Source of the DNA: a virus
Lineage: Duplodnaviria; Caudoviricetes
Length of the DNA stretch: 64,000 nucleotides
Virus record (IMG/VR): IMGVR_UViG_3300021185_002017
Reading direction: 5' to 3' (one strand)
This document shows positions 35,212 through 45,304 of this stretch, in pieces. A program made the position numbers and the translations under genes. Position 1 is the stretch's first letter, and the number at the start of each line of letters is the position of its first letter. A model generated the notes under the pieces. The model saw only the letters and a program-made list of their open reading frames with translations, did no database searches and was not told where the DNA came from.

Positions 35212-36040
35212 TACCGAAACCTTCTATATTATTTTCTTTTGCGTATGTCATAATAGTGTTTGCAATTTGCATATGGCCTTCTCTACTAGGATGATGACGG
35301 TAGGTTTCTCCCGGGTCTGTGTGTACAAGATTCTGTCCACTAAGATGAGAGCATGGTATAAAGTTTTTACCAACATTTTGTGCTACCCTATCTAATATCA
35401 TTCTTCCTTGTTTATGTTTGCCAGGAACCCACCAGTATATGTAATTAATATTATTTTCTACAAAGTATTGTTTTCCACGATTAAAATGATCTGTTGCTTC
35501 AGCAATGTGTTTAAATACTTCTGATCTGTGATGATGTTTTCTAGGTGGATAATTTTGTGTTACTTCTTCGTAATACTTTTCCATTTCTTCATCAGGTATG
35601 TAATCAGGACTTACTTCTTCGCAATGCTGATCTAGGTTTTCATCTAAATGTCTTTTCAAAAACCAAAGTTTAAAGTTTTCAGGACTATCTAAGTCTTCTA
35701 ACTTAGCAAAAGATTCAACATACGATACTGGTTGTATTGTGTCGTTATTGATAGATGTTAGTGTTGACCACTGCTTGTATCTTACTGCTGTTAATTCAAT
35801 TACTACTGAAAGATTTTCTGTTGTGCCGTATTTTTCTTTGTACAGTTCACAGAAGTCTATGGTTTGATCGACACTTGATTGTGGTGGTTTACCTGTGTAA
35901 GAATGATTCCAAAACCGTTCTGGCTGGATATAATCCTTTAGATATGTTGCATAACTTGGTGAAACACCAGGGAAATGGGTTGTATTTTCTTTGCTATAAC
36001 CTGCGGCGAAACTTGCACCGTTAATATATAAATCTGACAT
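35204..36040 (-). CDS. SGNH/GDSL-hydrolase-like protein
   Basis: N-terminal LYINGASFAAG (GxS) and C-terminal HHPSREGHMQIA. Confidence 0.5.
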   Translation of the reverse strand: MSDLYINGASFAAGYSKENTTHFPGVSPSYATYLKDYIQPERFWNHSYTGKPPQSSVDQTIDFCELYKEKYGTTENLSVVIELTAVRYKQWSTLTSINNDTIQPVSYVESFAKLEDLDSPENFKLWFLKRHLDENLDQHCEEVSPDYIPDEEMEKYYEEVTQNYPPRKHHHRSEVFKHIAEATDHFNRGKQYFVENNINYIYWWVPGKHKQGRMILDRVAQNVGKNFIPCSHLSGQNLVHTDPGETYRHHPSREGHMQIANTIMTYAKENNIEGFGNG

Positions 36041-36045
36041 GCAGA

Positions 36046-36053
36046 TATTTATC
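36046..36053 (-). promoter_or_regulatory. Late promoter GATAAATA (N5 to ATG)
   Basis: GATAAATA-TCTGC-ATG. Confidence 0.8.
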
Positions 36054-36468
36054 AGCGGATCAGTTTGGCCTTAAGGGTATCTCGGAGTCTATCGATGATT
36101 GTTTGCTTATCAGTAGTATATGCAGGGTCTTCTTTGCTGTCATCTGCACATGCGTCACACTCTTCACCATCTTCATGATCGTGATCTGGGTGCATAATTA
36201 CTGCTGTTTCTGGCTCTTCGTCGCCTGATACTTCGCCTTCGGGCTCTTCTTGTTTAGGTAATGTAATACCTGCAAGTTTTAAAACATCGTGTAATTCTTG
36301 CATACTTGATGCATTAGCACTTACTGTTACAGAAGCATCACCTTTTCTTTTGGTTTTGCTGTAAGAAACATTTTCGCTGTCTTGATCTTGCCCGTCCATA
36401 CCAGGGTAGCCAGGCATCATGCCTTCCATTAAATTTAATAACTTTTTGTTCTCATCATGATTGTTCAT
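36052..36468 (-). CDS. Hypothetical acidic protein
   Basis: 138-aa ORF coupled to the upstream gene. Confidence 0.65.
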   Translation of the reverse strand: MNNHDENKKLLNLMEGMMPGYPGMDGQDQDSENVSYSKTKRKGDASVTVSANASSMQELHDVLKLAGITLPKQEEPEGEVSGDEEPETAVIMHPDHDHEDGEECDACADDSKEDPAYTTDKQTIIDRLRDTLKAKLIR

Positions 36469-37166
36469 TATACTTTCCCGCCACCTGATTGACTAATAAC
36501 ATCAACTTCTTTACTTTGCTCGCCTGTGCGACCCATGTTAGGCTGATTCATCATGTCGTCGTGCATTTGTCTTAAATCATCGCCCATTAGTTGAGATTTT
36601 GTTGGATAGTTAGTAAAGTAGTCTGCACCTTTTTCTGCTTTAATTTTTTCTAATTCTGCTAAAAACTTAGTGTTGTATGCTTCACCAAATAAGTCAAAGT
36701 CTTCAATTTCTGCATTTTCGTTTTCGTAATGGTCGAAACTTTCTTGAGCTAATTCTGCTTCATCTTCGTTTACCACTCTTCCGTCATCTCTTACTTTACG
36801 CTCTGCAGCCATATCGCTTTCGATTCTTCTTGGGTCGTTAACACCGTAGCATAATACTCTACTGTGATCTAAACCTAAGTTAACTGCTAACCATACTTCT
36901 AAAATTCTTTCATTGACTGGGTACTTTAGGATAATATCTGAACTACAAACTTCACTAGTGCATTGTACGCCTTTGTAACGCACAAACTCTATTGGGTTTT
37001 CTTCTATAGGTGTTCTTTTAAAAGGAGTAGCACTAACTAAGTTATACTTTGCTAAACAACTTTCAACTTTAGCCATGTGTTCAGCACCGCAATCTGCAGC
37101 AAACTTAATTCTGTACCCGTATTCCTTGTTAAAGGATTCTGTTATATATTCGTTTAATAATTTCAT
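36468..37166 (-). CDS. Hypothetical late protein
   Basis: GAGAG RBS and late promoter. N-terminus MKLLNEYITE. Confidence 0.7.
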   Translation of the reverse strand: MKLLNEYITESFNKEYGYRIKFAADCGAEHMAKVESCLAKYNLVSATPFKRTPIEENPIEFVRYKGVQCTSEVCSSDIILKYPVNERILEVWLAVNLGLDHSRVLCYGVNDPRRIESDMAAERKVRDDGRVVNEDEAELAQESFDHYENENAEIEDFDLFGEAYNTKFLAELEKIKAEKGADYFTNYPTKSQLMGDDLRQMHDDMMNQPNMGRTGEQSKEVDVISQSGGGKV

Positions 37167-37198
37167 ATTGTCTCTCTAAGTAATCCAATCGTTACAAC

Positions 37199-37206
37199 TA
37201 TTTATC
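37199..37206 (-). promoter_or_regulatory. Late promoter GATAAATA
   Basis: Exact motif. Confidence 0.75.
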
Positions 37207-37221
37207 AATTTGAAGCAAAAA

Positions 37222-37698
37222 TTATTCGCCCTTCATAATTTTTAATAATTCGTTACGATCATATATTTGAGTAGGATTGCCGGAACCGTCGTCTGAAGCA
37301 TCGTTTTGATTCTTTGTTTTATCTAATCTTGCTTTTTTAAGCATCAAATCTAGTTGTTGTAACTTTGCTTTTGTTTTTGTATCTTTTGCTTCGAGTGCTA
37401 TTTTTAACATATTACTAGCCTCGGCAAATATTTTACCTGCGGCCATATCGCTTACATTCATACCTAATTGCATGAGCTGTGCATAACTGTCTAGTGCTTT
37501 AGTAGAGATGTCGTCCATCTCAGTTTCGTGTTCACCTAATCCTCTAATCTCTTTAAATGCATCATTAATTTTTTCTGCAACTGTTAAGCCGTTATTTACT
37601 ATCTCAATCTCTTGCTTAGTTTCTTGAGGAACTTTTTCACTTGCTAGTGCTTCGTCCATAGGTGGTAAATTAAATTCTTCTTCTAGTTTCTTTGTCAT
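37222..37698 (-). CDS. Probable terminase small subunit (gp16-like)
   Basis: Helical 158-aa protein near terL, with MTKKLEEEFNLPP and ASNMLKIALEAK, and a C-terminal RNELLKIM. Confidence 0.55.
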   Translation of the reverse strand: MTKKLEEEFNLPPMDEALASEKVPQETKQEIEIVNNGLTVAEKINDAFKEIRGLGEHETEMDDISTKALDSYAQLMQLGMNVSDMAAGKIFAEASNMLKIALEAKDTKTKAKLQQLDLMLKKARLDKTKNQNDASDDGSGNPTQIYDRNELLKIMKGE

Positions 37699-38417
37699 TG
37701 TTTAAATCCTAGTTTGATCAACTGTATTGTTCTACCGCCTATGTCTAGAGGATGAAACAATGTTTCTCTTTGCTTCTCATGATGTATTGTGTGGAAGCCT
37801 TCACCGAATGTAAGTAGTCCTACAACTAAATCATTGTGTGCTTCGCCGTTCCTGTGTGAATAAGAAAACACTAAACTGCCTATTAACTTAGCAAAACCTG
37901 CCGGTGCTAACCAAGCATATATTAGTGCAAACGGATCTATTAGTGACAATACTAGTGCATAAAATGCTATAAACTCCCAATAGTACTTAACCTGTGCCCT
38001 ATATAAGTTATCCCTTAATAAGTTACCTGCCCATTTAACATTGGGTTCTGTAAACACTTGCAAGAAGTGTGCGTAAAAGTATCCTTTGAATAAAGGACTA
38101 TGTGGGTCTTTTTCTGTATCAGTAAATTTATGATGTGCTCTATGAGTTGCTACCCAAAGTATTGCAGGGCCTACCATCATTATGTGTGCAAAGAATAACA
38201 TTACTAGCTCAAACCATTTAGGACATTTAAACATCTTGTGACTTAAATATCTATGGTAACCTAATGTTAATCCAAACAACATTATACCAGTGTACATAGT
38301 AGCACCAATAGCCCACTGTGTCGCTGTTGCATACATGAACATGGGCACAATGGCTAACATGCTGGCTACTTGTCCAGCAAAAAGACTATATTGCATTCCT
38401 GCTTTACCTAATTGCAT
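37695..38417 (-). CDS. Membrane fatty-acid desaturase (delta-9/DesC-like)
   Basis: Three His boxes HRYLSH, HRAHH (KFTDTEKDPHSP) and GEGFHTIHH, plus TM helices. Confidence 0.9.
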   Translation of the reverse strand: MQLGKAGMQYSLFAGQVASMLAIVPMFMYATATQWAIGATMYTGIMLFGLTLGYHRYLSHKMFKCPKWFELVMLFFAHIMMVGPAILWVATHRAHHKFTDTEKDPHSPLFKGYFYAHFLQVFTEPNVKWAGNLLRDNLYRAQVKYYWEFIAFYALVLSLIDPFALIYAWLAPAGFAKLIGSLVFSYSHRNGEAHNDLVVGLLTFGEGFHTIHHEKQRETLFHPLDIGGRTIQLIKLGFKQ

Positions 38418-38422
38418 AATGC

Positions 38423-38430
38423 TATTTATC
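38423..38430 (-). promoter_or_regulatory. Late promoter GATAAATA (N5 to ATG)
   Basis: GATAAATA-GCATT-ATG. Confidence 0.8.
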
Positions 38431-38431
38431 G

Positions 38432-38887
38432 TTACTTTTTGCGTTTGCGGGGATTTCGAGGTTTGTTGTTACGAAATATTTGATCTTCGTTTATAACTTT
38501 GAACCTAATGCCTTTGCGTTTGCACCATTCTTGTGCAGCCGTCCATTTAGCGGCGTTTACAGCAACTTGCATCTGCTGTCCTTTGCCTCTAGCATTTTCC
38601 ATTGTGGTTTGATTTGCTGGTTTGATCTCTATAAGTTCAACATGTTCAGCACCACTTTTGTCTATGTACTGTATCATAAAGTCTGGTACATAGTTAGTGT
38701 ATTTGCCTGTTACTGGATTTTGATATGGTATCTTAACATTTTCACTAGCCCATTTTTTTATGTTAGGGTGTGCGTCACACATACGCATAAAGGCTAGTTC
38801 CCAACTACTTCTATAATATGGTTTTTTATTGCCGGCGTACTTAGGCGTGTTTACTACTTCGTAAACACCCTGAGCGAATTTACTCAT
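38432..38887 (-). CDS. Head completion nuclease (T4 gp4-like, TnsA-type PD-(D/E)xK)
   Basis: YRSSWE, WASENVKIPY, YVPDF, IEIKP. Confidence 0.85.
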   Translation of the reverse strand: MSKFAQGVYEVVNTPKYAGNKKPYYRSSWELAFMRMCDAHPNIKKWASENVKIPYQNPVTGKYTNYVPDFMIQYIDKSGAEHVELIEIKPANQTTMENARGKGQQMQVAVNAAKWTAAQEWCKRKGIRFKVINEDQIFRNNKPRNPRKRKK

Positions 38888-39318
38888 GGCTGAATTAGGC
38901 CTGCGACCCTGCTTTTACTGTTTACAGTTGGAACAGCAATACCAACACGACTTCCTATTGGTCGTAAACTATTCATTGCATTGTATGCATCAACTGTAAG
39001 GTTAAGTGAATTTTCATTAACATCAAAATATTCTAACGGGTCTATGCCTTGTGCATCAGCCACTGTTAACAATACTTCTGTCATTGCTTTTGCTGCTGGT
39101 TTTTTGAATCCTGCTTTTTGTAACTTGCTTTCAACCATACTAGTTTTTGCAGGATCAAATGTTTTGTTAGATGCCTGTGTTAATGTTGCAAGTAATTCTG
39201 AACTTGCTTCTGGTAATGGAAATTTTACAGTAGCAGAATCTAGAAATGCATGTAATGCTCCGTCGATTATATCATACTTAGTGGCATTACCAAATGTGTT
39301 ATATAATGAGGTGCTCAT
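38884..39318 (-). CDS. Hypothetical tail/baseplate-region protein
   Basis: Coupled to flanking tail genes. Confidence 0.6.
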   Translation of the reverse strand: MSTSLYNTFGNATKYDIIDGALHAFLDSATVKFPLPEASSELLATLTQASNKTFDPAKTSMVESKLQKAGFKKPAAKAMTEVLLTVADAQGIDPLEYFDVNENSLNLTVDAYNAMNSLRPIGSRVGIAVPTVNSKSRVAGLIQP

Positions 39319-40167
39319 TTATTTTCCTTGTTTACTTCTTGTTCTAGGACTCTCTGGACTACCTAAAAATTCATTGTTTCTAGTATATGAAGGAGTTTCT
39401 CTGTCTACTCCTTGAGTTAAAAATTTTGTTACAAGATCAAATACATCAACATTTTGCTCGAACCTATTTAGATCTTGCTGGTCTAAATCAAAGTTAAACT
39501 TCTGGTTAACTGTCATACTTTCTATTTCAAAGTCTATTGAAAATGTTCTAAAGCCAGAATCAGTATAATCTAGGTCATCGGGGGCAAATCCGGTTATTTG
39601 AGGTCTAAATAAAATATATTCAACTCCTCTACCACCATGGTATTGAATTATTCTGATACTATCAATAAAATGTGTTTCTTCGTGTATATCCATTCCTGCG
39701 TCATTGCTCTTCCATGCACTGGACATAAAAGAGGCTGGAGCAATAGTAGATGTAGCATTAGTGTCCCATTGCTTAGGATCGCCATCTCTTGTAGTGCCAT
39801 CGCCGGTGCCTGTTCTATTACGAGGATCGTTATATTGAAATGCAAAGTACTTCATAAACAAAGTAAGCCATTCGTTAGCCACAGTGTCAATGACTGTCAT
39901 ACTGCAAGGGCCGTAATCGACCCCTGTCTGTATAACTCTGCGATGATTGTATTGTCTTTTGATTGTTGTAGCAAAAGATATTTCTGGTATTTTACAAGTT
40001 TGAACCAGAGAACTAATCTGTGTTCTAAAAGACCCGGAATTATCCATTGCTTTTGCCAGTCTAGGGTTAAAGTGAAATTCCACAAACCCTTGAAACTTTT
40101 GTCTAGGTGGCGTAACATCAGGTTTAAACCTGTCTGCATTACGCCAATTCCTAAAGAAAGATGGCAT
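39319..40167 (-). CDS. Tail-tube-like / baseplate tube initiator protein
   Basis: Tube fold pattern (SLVQTCKIPEISF...QTGVDYGPCSMTVID). Follows the tube gene. Confidence 0.65.
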   Translation of the reverse strand: MPSFFRNWRNADRFKPDVTPPRQKFQGFVEFHFNPRLAKAMDNSGSFRTQISSLVQTCKIPEISFATTIKRQYNHRRVIQTGVDYGPCSMTVIDTVANEWLTLFMKYFAFQYNDPRNRTGTGDGTTRDGDPKQWDTNATSTIAPASFMSSAWKSNDAGMDIHEETHFIDSIRIIQYHGGRGVEYILFRPQITGFAPDDLDYTDSGFRTFSIDFEIESMTVNQKFNFDLDQQDLNRFEQNVDVFDLVTKFLTQGVDRETPSYTRNNEFLGSPESPRTRSKQGK

Positions 40168-40181
40168 AGTTAGTTACCTTC

Positions 40182-40817
40182 TTAACCTGCTGGGCTAGTA
40201 GTCACTAAACCTGTTGCTGCGGCTGTGAATGGTGATTCATTACCAGCTCTACCGTTAACGTTATTTGTACCCGCTTCGTGTGTAGCATTATCAAATCTTA
40301 ATGTTAAAGTAACAATCTGTGACTCAGCTGCTGAATAGTCGTGATCACCGTAAGTAACGTTTTGGATGAAACATCCTTCTAAACGCCAAAACTCAGTTGG
40401 TTTGCTTATTTCAGTACCATCTAGTACTTCAATGTCAGTATCAAATTTAAAGTCGTTACTTGAAGCAGCAGTTGTTTGCTGATAGTGGTTGACTTGTCTT
40501 TGTACTTGAGCACCAACAAGTTTAGCAACACTGTTAGTAATATCATCACGAATAACAACATCTACTGTTTGCCATGTATGCTTGCCTTGTACATAAATTT
40601 TACTGTTAAAACTGTGTACTTCTACTTCGTCAACACTAACAGATGGTCTAGTTACACTTTGAACATTTTGTGTTAGTGATGTTGAATTTTGTGAACCTGC
40701 AAAAGGCGACAAAAAGTTTACACGGAAACGATACTTTAACTTAGGCATTAAAATGCCTGCTTTTTTATTAGCCTCGTCTATCGGTACTCCGAACTTATCT
40801 TTAGTTGGATTTGCCAT
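40182..40817 (-). CDS. Tail tube protein (gp19-like)
   Basis: PKLKYRFRV, VTRPSV, GKHTWQTV, WRLEGCFI, LTLRFDNA. Downstream of the sheath gene. Confidence 0.85.
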   Translation of the reverse strand: MANPTKDKFGVPIDEANKKAGILMPKLKYRFRVNFLSPFAGSQNSTSLTQNVQSVTRPSVSVDEVEVHSFNSKIYVQGKHTWQTVDVVIRDDITNSVAKLVGAQVQRQVNHYQQTTAASSNDFKFDTDIEVLDGTEISKPTEFWRLEGCFIQNVTYGDHDYSAAESQIVTLTLRFDNATHEAGTNNVNGRAGNESPFTAAATGLVTTSPAG

Positions 40818-40860
40818 TTTTATATTCTCCTAAAAAATCTATAAATGTTTTATATGCTAT

Positions 40861-40868
40861 TATTTATC
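40861..40868 (-). promoter_or_regulatory. Late promoter GATAAATA
   Basis: Exact motif upstream of the tube gene. Confidence 0.8.
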
Positions 40869-40909
40869 AGATAATGACAAAAAACATAAACTCGAGTTTT
40901 AATTTAGTC

Positions 40910-40934
40910 AAAAAAAAGCACTCCGAAGAGTGCT
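40910..40934 (-). terminator. Intrinsic terminator AGCACTC-TTCG-GAGTGCT plus U-tract
   Basis: Second copy of the same hairpin, after the sheath gene. Confidence 0.85.
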
Positions 40935-40956
40935 TTTAATTAGTTTAAGTATAAAC

Positions 40957-43770
40957 TTAACCAGTTGAACCCAAAGTATTTTGAATTCTAATCGGAATGT
41001 ATATAAACTCAACTGCTTTGACTGGCTGTATAGCAACGTCAATGTGCAATTCGTTTCTATCAATTCTCGCTGGTGTGTTATTTGATTCGTCACAAACTGT
41101 AACATAGTCAAATAAACCACGCTGTTGTATTAAACCACTAAGTAGTCTGTCAACAACTGCTTTTGCGTTATTTCTAGTAACACTGTCGTTTGGCTCAAAT
41201 AAGAACGGCTTAACTGCATCGTCAAGTTGCTCTCTGAGATAGATAACTAATCTTGAAACATTAACTCTATCCAACGCACTTGCTGATGGGTTTAATGTCT
41301 TTTGACCAAACACACTTATGCCTCTGCCTGGGAATGATGCAATTGGGTTTACCTTGTTTAAGTATAAACCGTCACGCTGTCCTTCGTTCAATGAAACTGG
41401 GACATATTCACCTTCTGCTGAGTCTAAGTATCCTACTGAAGTTGCATTACTAACTAAACCACGTTGGAAACCAGCCGGTGCAAACCAAGGGAAAGCAACC
41501 TGGTCATTGTATGCGAATGTACGCAATGCCATATGTGATGCTGGTACCATAATGTTAGTACCATCTGTGTTAGTAGTTAAACCATGTGGGTAATAAACAC
41601 CTGCTTGAGCACTTGCACTTACAAGACCGTTTTCACCGTTTTCTACTGCTGTATTAGCATTAGTTGCCCATGCTGCTGTGCTAGTATTATCGGCTTTTAG
41701 TCTAAGTGGAGCGTCAACGATTGCAAAGACTGTGTCTTTTCTGTCAACACTTAATGCTAACATTTCGTCAGTTAATTCAGGATATCCTGGAACTGCTACT
41801 AAGTTAAAGCGGTTTGTTTCGTTACGAATGTCATCGTTAGATGCAATTGCTGCTTGTAAAGATTTAGTTACTGCTTTACGCTGTGCCTTTCTTAACAATA
41901 AGCCTGTGCCATCTGCTGCGTTACCTGAGAATGATACCCAAACATCAGCAGTTGTACTTGAATCTAATGCATAGCCTTTACGCCATTGCTTAACATTACC
42001 ACCTGAAGCTCTGTAGTTCCAACCTAACATACCTTGTGGGTATAAAGATGCACTTGGAGCGTCTGCATCTAATGAAGATGCTGCTGATTGTCTAAAGTCA
42101 TCAAATAAGATACCGTCTGGTGTGCTTTGATCACCAAGATCAACTAGATTCCAACTTGAACCATCATACTTATAAAGTTTTAAGTTTTCAGTGTCTGAGC
42201 TGTCTAACCATACATCGCCACTTGCTAAAGAAGTAGTACCGTCACTTTGTAGTGTTGGTTCTGTTGCTTTAGTTTGGAAATCAGTTGTTAAACTTACCCA
42301 TGTAGTACCGTTGTGCTCTAGTAAGTCTACATTGTTAGTGCTGATGTCTGCATCATACCATAATGTAGCATTTGCTGTTTCGCCTACTGGCTCAGTTGCA
42401 CTTGGTGTATTAGCTGCTAAAGAAACTTTCCAGTTACTTGTAGTACCTGCGTTTAAGTTTAAGTCACTTAAACTAACACATGCTGAGTTTGAACCTTCAG
42501 TAAGTTTAATGTCATTACCTTTAGTACTTGTAAATGTTATAACACCTGCGTTATTCGATACTGTCACTTGGTCTGCAAATGTAGTTGTTACATTAGCGGA
42601 AGATAGTGCTGATTGAATATCAGTAACAACATCATCAACTGAAATATTACCACTTGTTGTACTTGTGATGAATACATCAATTTGTGTTGGTGAGTTGTTG
42701 ATGTTAATTTGGAATGCTTCGTCTACTGAATTAACTTTAGTATCAGGTATAGCAGTGTCGCTTACTGCGGAAGAACTTCCGAATGTAAAGCTGCTTTCAC
42801 CATTCCACATTTTTAATCTAAATGATGCAACTCTTGCGAAAGAGTCGTTAACTTGATCTAACCATAAAGCACCTGAGTTCAAAGAACCTGCTTTTGTATG
42901 ATAATCATATGCGTCTGATGCTTCACTAAGTAATGGAGCGTCCTTGCTTACGAACTGTCCTGAAACTGCATCGTACTGCTTAACTTGAACGTTTGCGCCA
43001 TTGTTAGGTGCTGTTGCTTGTAAGAATACATCACCTGCTGATAATGCACCACCTGAGAACTTAGTTGAAGGAATAGTTGTATGAGTTGCCCACTGATAGT
43101 CTGCACTTGATTTAGCACTTGACCATGCAGAAGAACCTACACTATACCAGTTACCTGCTAGTTTTTCATATATTGATATGAATGAAGCCTGAGCACCTGT
43201 GCTGTCAACTGTAACTGCTGCAAAAGAGCCGTTAGTTGAGAACGATGTTTTAGGTACAGTATTTGCATACACATCATTTTTACCTGCTAATAGAACTGTT
43301 TGTGTTACCCACTTGCTGCCGTCATATTCTTTAATACCGAATGTTGAACTGCCTGTGTCAACCCAAATAGCGTCTGCTGCTGGTTTAGCTGCTGGTGCAG
43401 TTGCACTTGCTTCTAATTGACCTAAGTCTACATCTGCTCTAAGTACATAAGCTCTGTTTGATAAGCCTAAGAAACTGTAAGCTGCTGCAAGACCGTATTC
43501 GTTTGTTTCGTCTCCGTGAACTGGTGTTCCGCCACTTGTTTTAAATGATGGGTTACCGTAGTTTTGTAGTAATTCACGCTGACTAGTTATATTATATAAC
43601 TTGTTTGCTGTTGCCTTTGTAGTATAAGCGGAAGTCGAAGTTCCATCTGGTGCTGTCTTATCTTGTGCTGTTGCAATTACGATAAGAGGAACAGTACCAG
43701 CACCTGCAGGTGCGTAGAAACTTTCGTCTGATACACTAATACTAACGCCTGGCGATACTAATGTTGCCAT
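40957..43770 (-). CDS. Tail sheath protein (gp18-like), 937 aa
   Basis: MATLVSPGVSIS, FPWFAPAGFQRG, YLNKVNPI, FGQKTL, DRVNVSRL, FLFEPND, VCDESNNTP. Confidence 0.95.
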   Translation of the reverse strand: MATLVSPGVSISVSDESFYAPAGAGTVPLIVIATAQDKTAPDGTSTSAYTTKATANKLYNITSQRELLQNYGNPSFKTSGGTPVHGDETNEYGLAAAYSFLGLSNRAYVLRADVDLGQLEASATAPAAKPAADAIWVDTGSSTFGIKEYDGSKWVTQTVLLAGKNDVYANTVPKTSFSTNGSFAAVTVDSTGAQASFISIYEKLAGNWYSVGSSAWSSAKSSADYQWATHTTIPSTKFSGGALSAGDVFLQATAPNNGANVQVKQYDAVSGQFVSKDAPLLSEASDAYDYHTKAGSLNSGALWLDQVNDSFARVASFRLKMWNGESSFTFGSSSAVSDTAIPDTKVNSVDEAFQININNSPTQIDVFITSTTSGNISVDDVVTDIQSALSSANVTTTFADQVTVSNNAGVITFTSTKGNDIKLTEGSNSACVSLSDLNLNAGTTSNWKVSLAANTPSATEPVGETANATLWYDADISTNNVDLLEHNGTTWVSLTTDFQTKATEPTLQSDGTTSLASGDVWLDSSDTENLKLYKYDGSSWNLVDLGDQSTPDGILFDDFRQSAASSLDADAPSASLYPQGMLGWNYRASGGNVKQWRKGYALDSSTTADVWVSFSGNAADGTGLLLRKAQRKAVTKSLQAAIASNDDIRNETNRFNLVAVPGYPELTDEMLALSVDRKDTVFAIVDAPLRLKADNTSTAAWATNANTAVENGENGLVSASAQAGVYYPHGLTTNTDGTNIMVPASHMALRTFAYNDQVAFPWFAPAGFQRGLVSNATSVGYLDSAEGEYVPVSLNEGQRDGLYLNKVNPIASFPGRGISVFGQKTLNPSASALDRVNVSRLVIYLREQLDDAVKPFLFEPNDSVTRNNAKAVVDRLLSGLIQQRGLFDYVTVCDESNNTPARIDRNELHIDVAIQPVKAVEFIYIPIRIQNTLGSTG

Positions 43771-43815
43771 TTTGTTTTCTCCTAATATATTAAGATACGA
43801 ATGATCGTATGCACT

Positions 43816-43823
43816 TATTTATC
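43816..43823 (-). promoter_or_regulatory. Late promoter GATAAATA
   Basis: Exact motif upstream of the sheath gene. Confidence 0.8.
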
Positions 43824-43874
43824 AGAATTAAGGTATTATTGGGCTTTATGGAAATTGAAAGGTATTAGGGGATA

Positions 43875-44537
43875 TTATACTATTTTAAGTGTTTGTTTGA
43901 ATTCGCCTGTGTTCCAGTCTCGAATGTCTTCTACTTGTTTTTCTAGATCTTTAATTGTGCCGTTGTTTGTAATAATGTAGTCTACTGGATGACCTACCCA
44001 GTTCCATTCGCTTTCGTGTACATCTGCATATTTGGTTTTCATTATCTTGTGACTAACTGCATTAGTGTGTGCTGTTTTTGCTGTTTCGAACCATTCAGGT
44101 AAATCTCCGCGTTGTACCCAAATAACAACTCCACCCATTTCTTTGATAAGATCTAATTCGTTTTTAAATCTTGCATCGCTAATAACAGTACAAGGTGTAT
44201 CTACATGTTGCCTTCGTATGCGATATTCTAAACTGTGTAGCCAAATGTTAGAATCAAAGTGTGTGCGGAGTACATCTGTACCTATTAATTGCAAGGCTAA
44301 TCGAGGAGTGAAGTTTGGGATACCTAGTTTGCGACCCCAGTATAGGTCTGCTGTTTCACGGAAGTCTCTACTTTCAATAGTATCGCCTTCCATTAGTTCT
44401 CTGGGCCAACCAAATATTGATGCAGATAAGTCTTTTAATGGAGAAGCAAAACTATCTTCAACGCAACCACGCTCTACAAACATGTTTGCGACTGTGCCTT
44501 TGCCTGAACCTATTAGTCCAACTAATCCTATTATCAT
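43875..44537 (-). CDS. Deoxynucleoside monophosphate kinase (T4 gp1-like)
   Basis: IIGLVGLIGSGKGT, FASPLK, PRLALQLIGTD, ISDARFKNE, HESE. Confidence 0.9.
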   Translation of the reverse strand: MIIGLVGLIGSGKGTVANMFVERGCVEDSFASPLKDLSASIFGWPRELMEGDTIESRDFRETADLYWGRKLGIPNFTPRLALQLIGTDVLRTHFDSNIWLHSLEYRIRRQHVDTPCTVISDARFKNELDLIKEMGGVVIWVQRGDLPEWFETAKTAHTNAVSHKIMKTKYADVHESEWNWVGHPVDYIITNNGTIKDLEKQVEDIRDWNTGEFKQTLKIV

Positions 44538-44540
44538 ATA

Positions 44541-45299
44541 TTAACCTATTACAAATCCTAGTGGGTCACTGCCTTCTTCCATCATGTGAACCGCTTCATT
44601 TAGTTTCTCTAACTCTGCTTGAGCTTCTGATTTCAGTGCATCACCGTTAAGAGTAATTGCACCACCTGCACCTGGTAAGCCTGAACTATATTTGCTTCTT
44701 GCTTCACCTAGCATAAACTTACTTTGTGCTAGTGCGTATGCACTTAACCAGTCACTTGCATAGACATCTTTTAACAGTATCATTTCTGGTATAAAGTTAT
44801 ATACACCTACTGCTACTTCTTCGTTATGTCTAACATTTCTTAAAATCTGTAATACTTTGCTGTTGCGATTCCAAATAAAGTTATATTCACTACCAAATAT
44901 ACGCCCTACTGTTTCTTTGTATTGTGAGAACGCATCATAAACTGCTAGGCCGCCTATTTGTCCTGCCTGCATCATGTACATGTTGTTGAATGCAACATCA
45001 AAAGGATCAAAGTTTACGCCGCCACTGTTAGTACCAATACCTCTACGATAAAGTCTTCTAACTTCCATTACTTCGTCTGGTAAAACATATTCAGTTACAT
45101 TTTCTTGAGTAGTAATAAAGATCATACTTTCTTCAACTGCACCAGAACTAAGTTGTCTATACTTAGCAAGTGCCTTGTTGATAGCAACATCGTAATGTTC
45201 TCTATCGAGTTCTACATCAACAATACCATCTGCTAAACGCAGTTTGATTTCGCTAATAAGTTGCTCTCTGTTTTCGTAACCTATTTTATTAATCGCCAT
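44541..45299 (-). CDS. Neck protein (gp13-like)
   Basis: LRLADGIVDVEL, YALAQSKFMLGEARSKY, LPGAGGAITLNGD. Confidence 0.8.
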   Translation of the reverse strand: MAINKIGYENREQLISEIKLRLADGIVDVELDREHYDVAINKALAKYRQLSSGAVEESMIFITTQENVTEYVLPDEVMEVRRLYRRGIGTNSGGVNFDPFDVAFNNMYMMQAGQIGGLAVYDAFSQYKETVGRIFGSEYNFIWNRNSKVLQILRNVRHNEEVAVGVYNFIPEMILLKDVYASDWLSAYALAQSKFMLGEARSKYSSGLPGAGGAITLNGDALKSEAQAELEKLNEAVHMMEEGSDPLGFVIG

Positions 45300-45304
45300 A
45301 ACAC

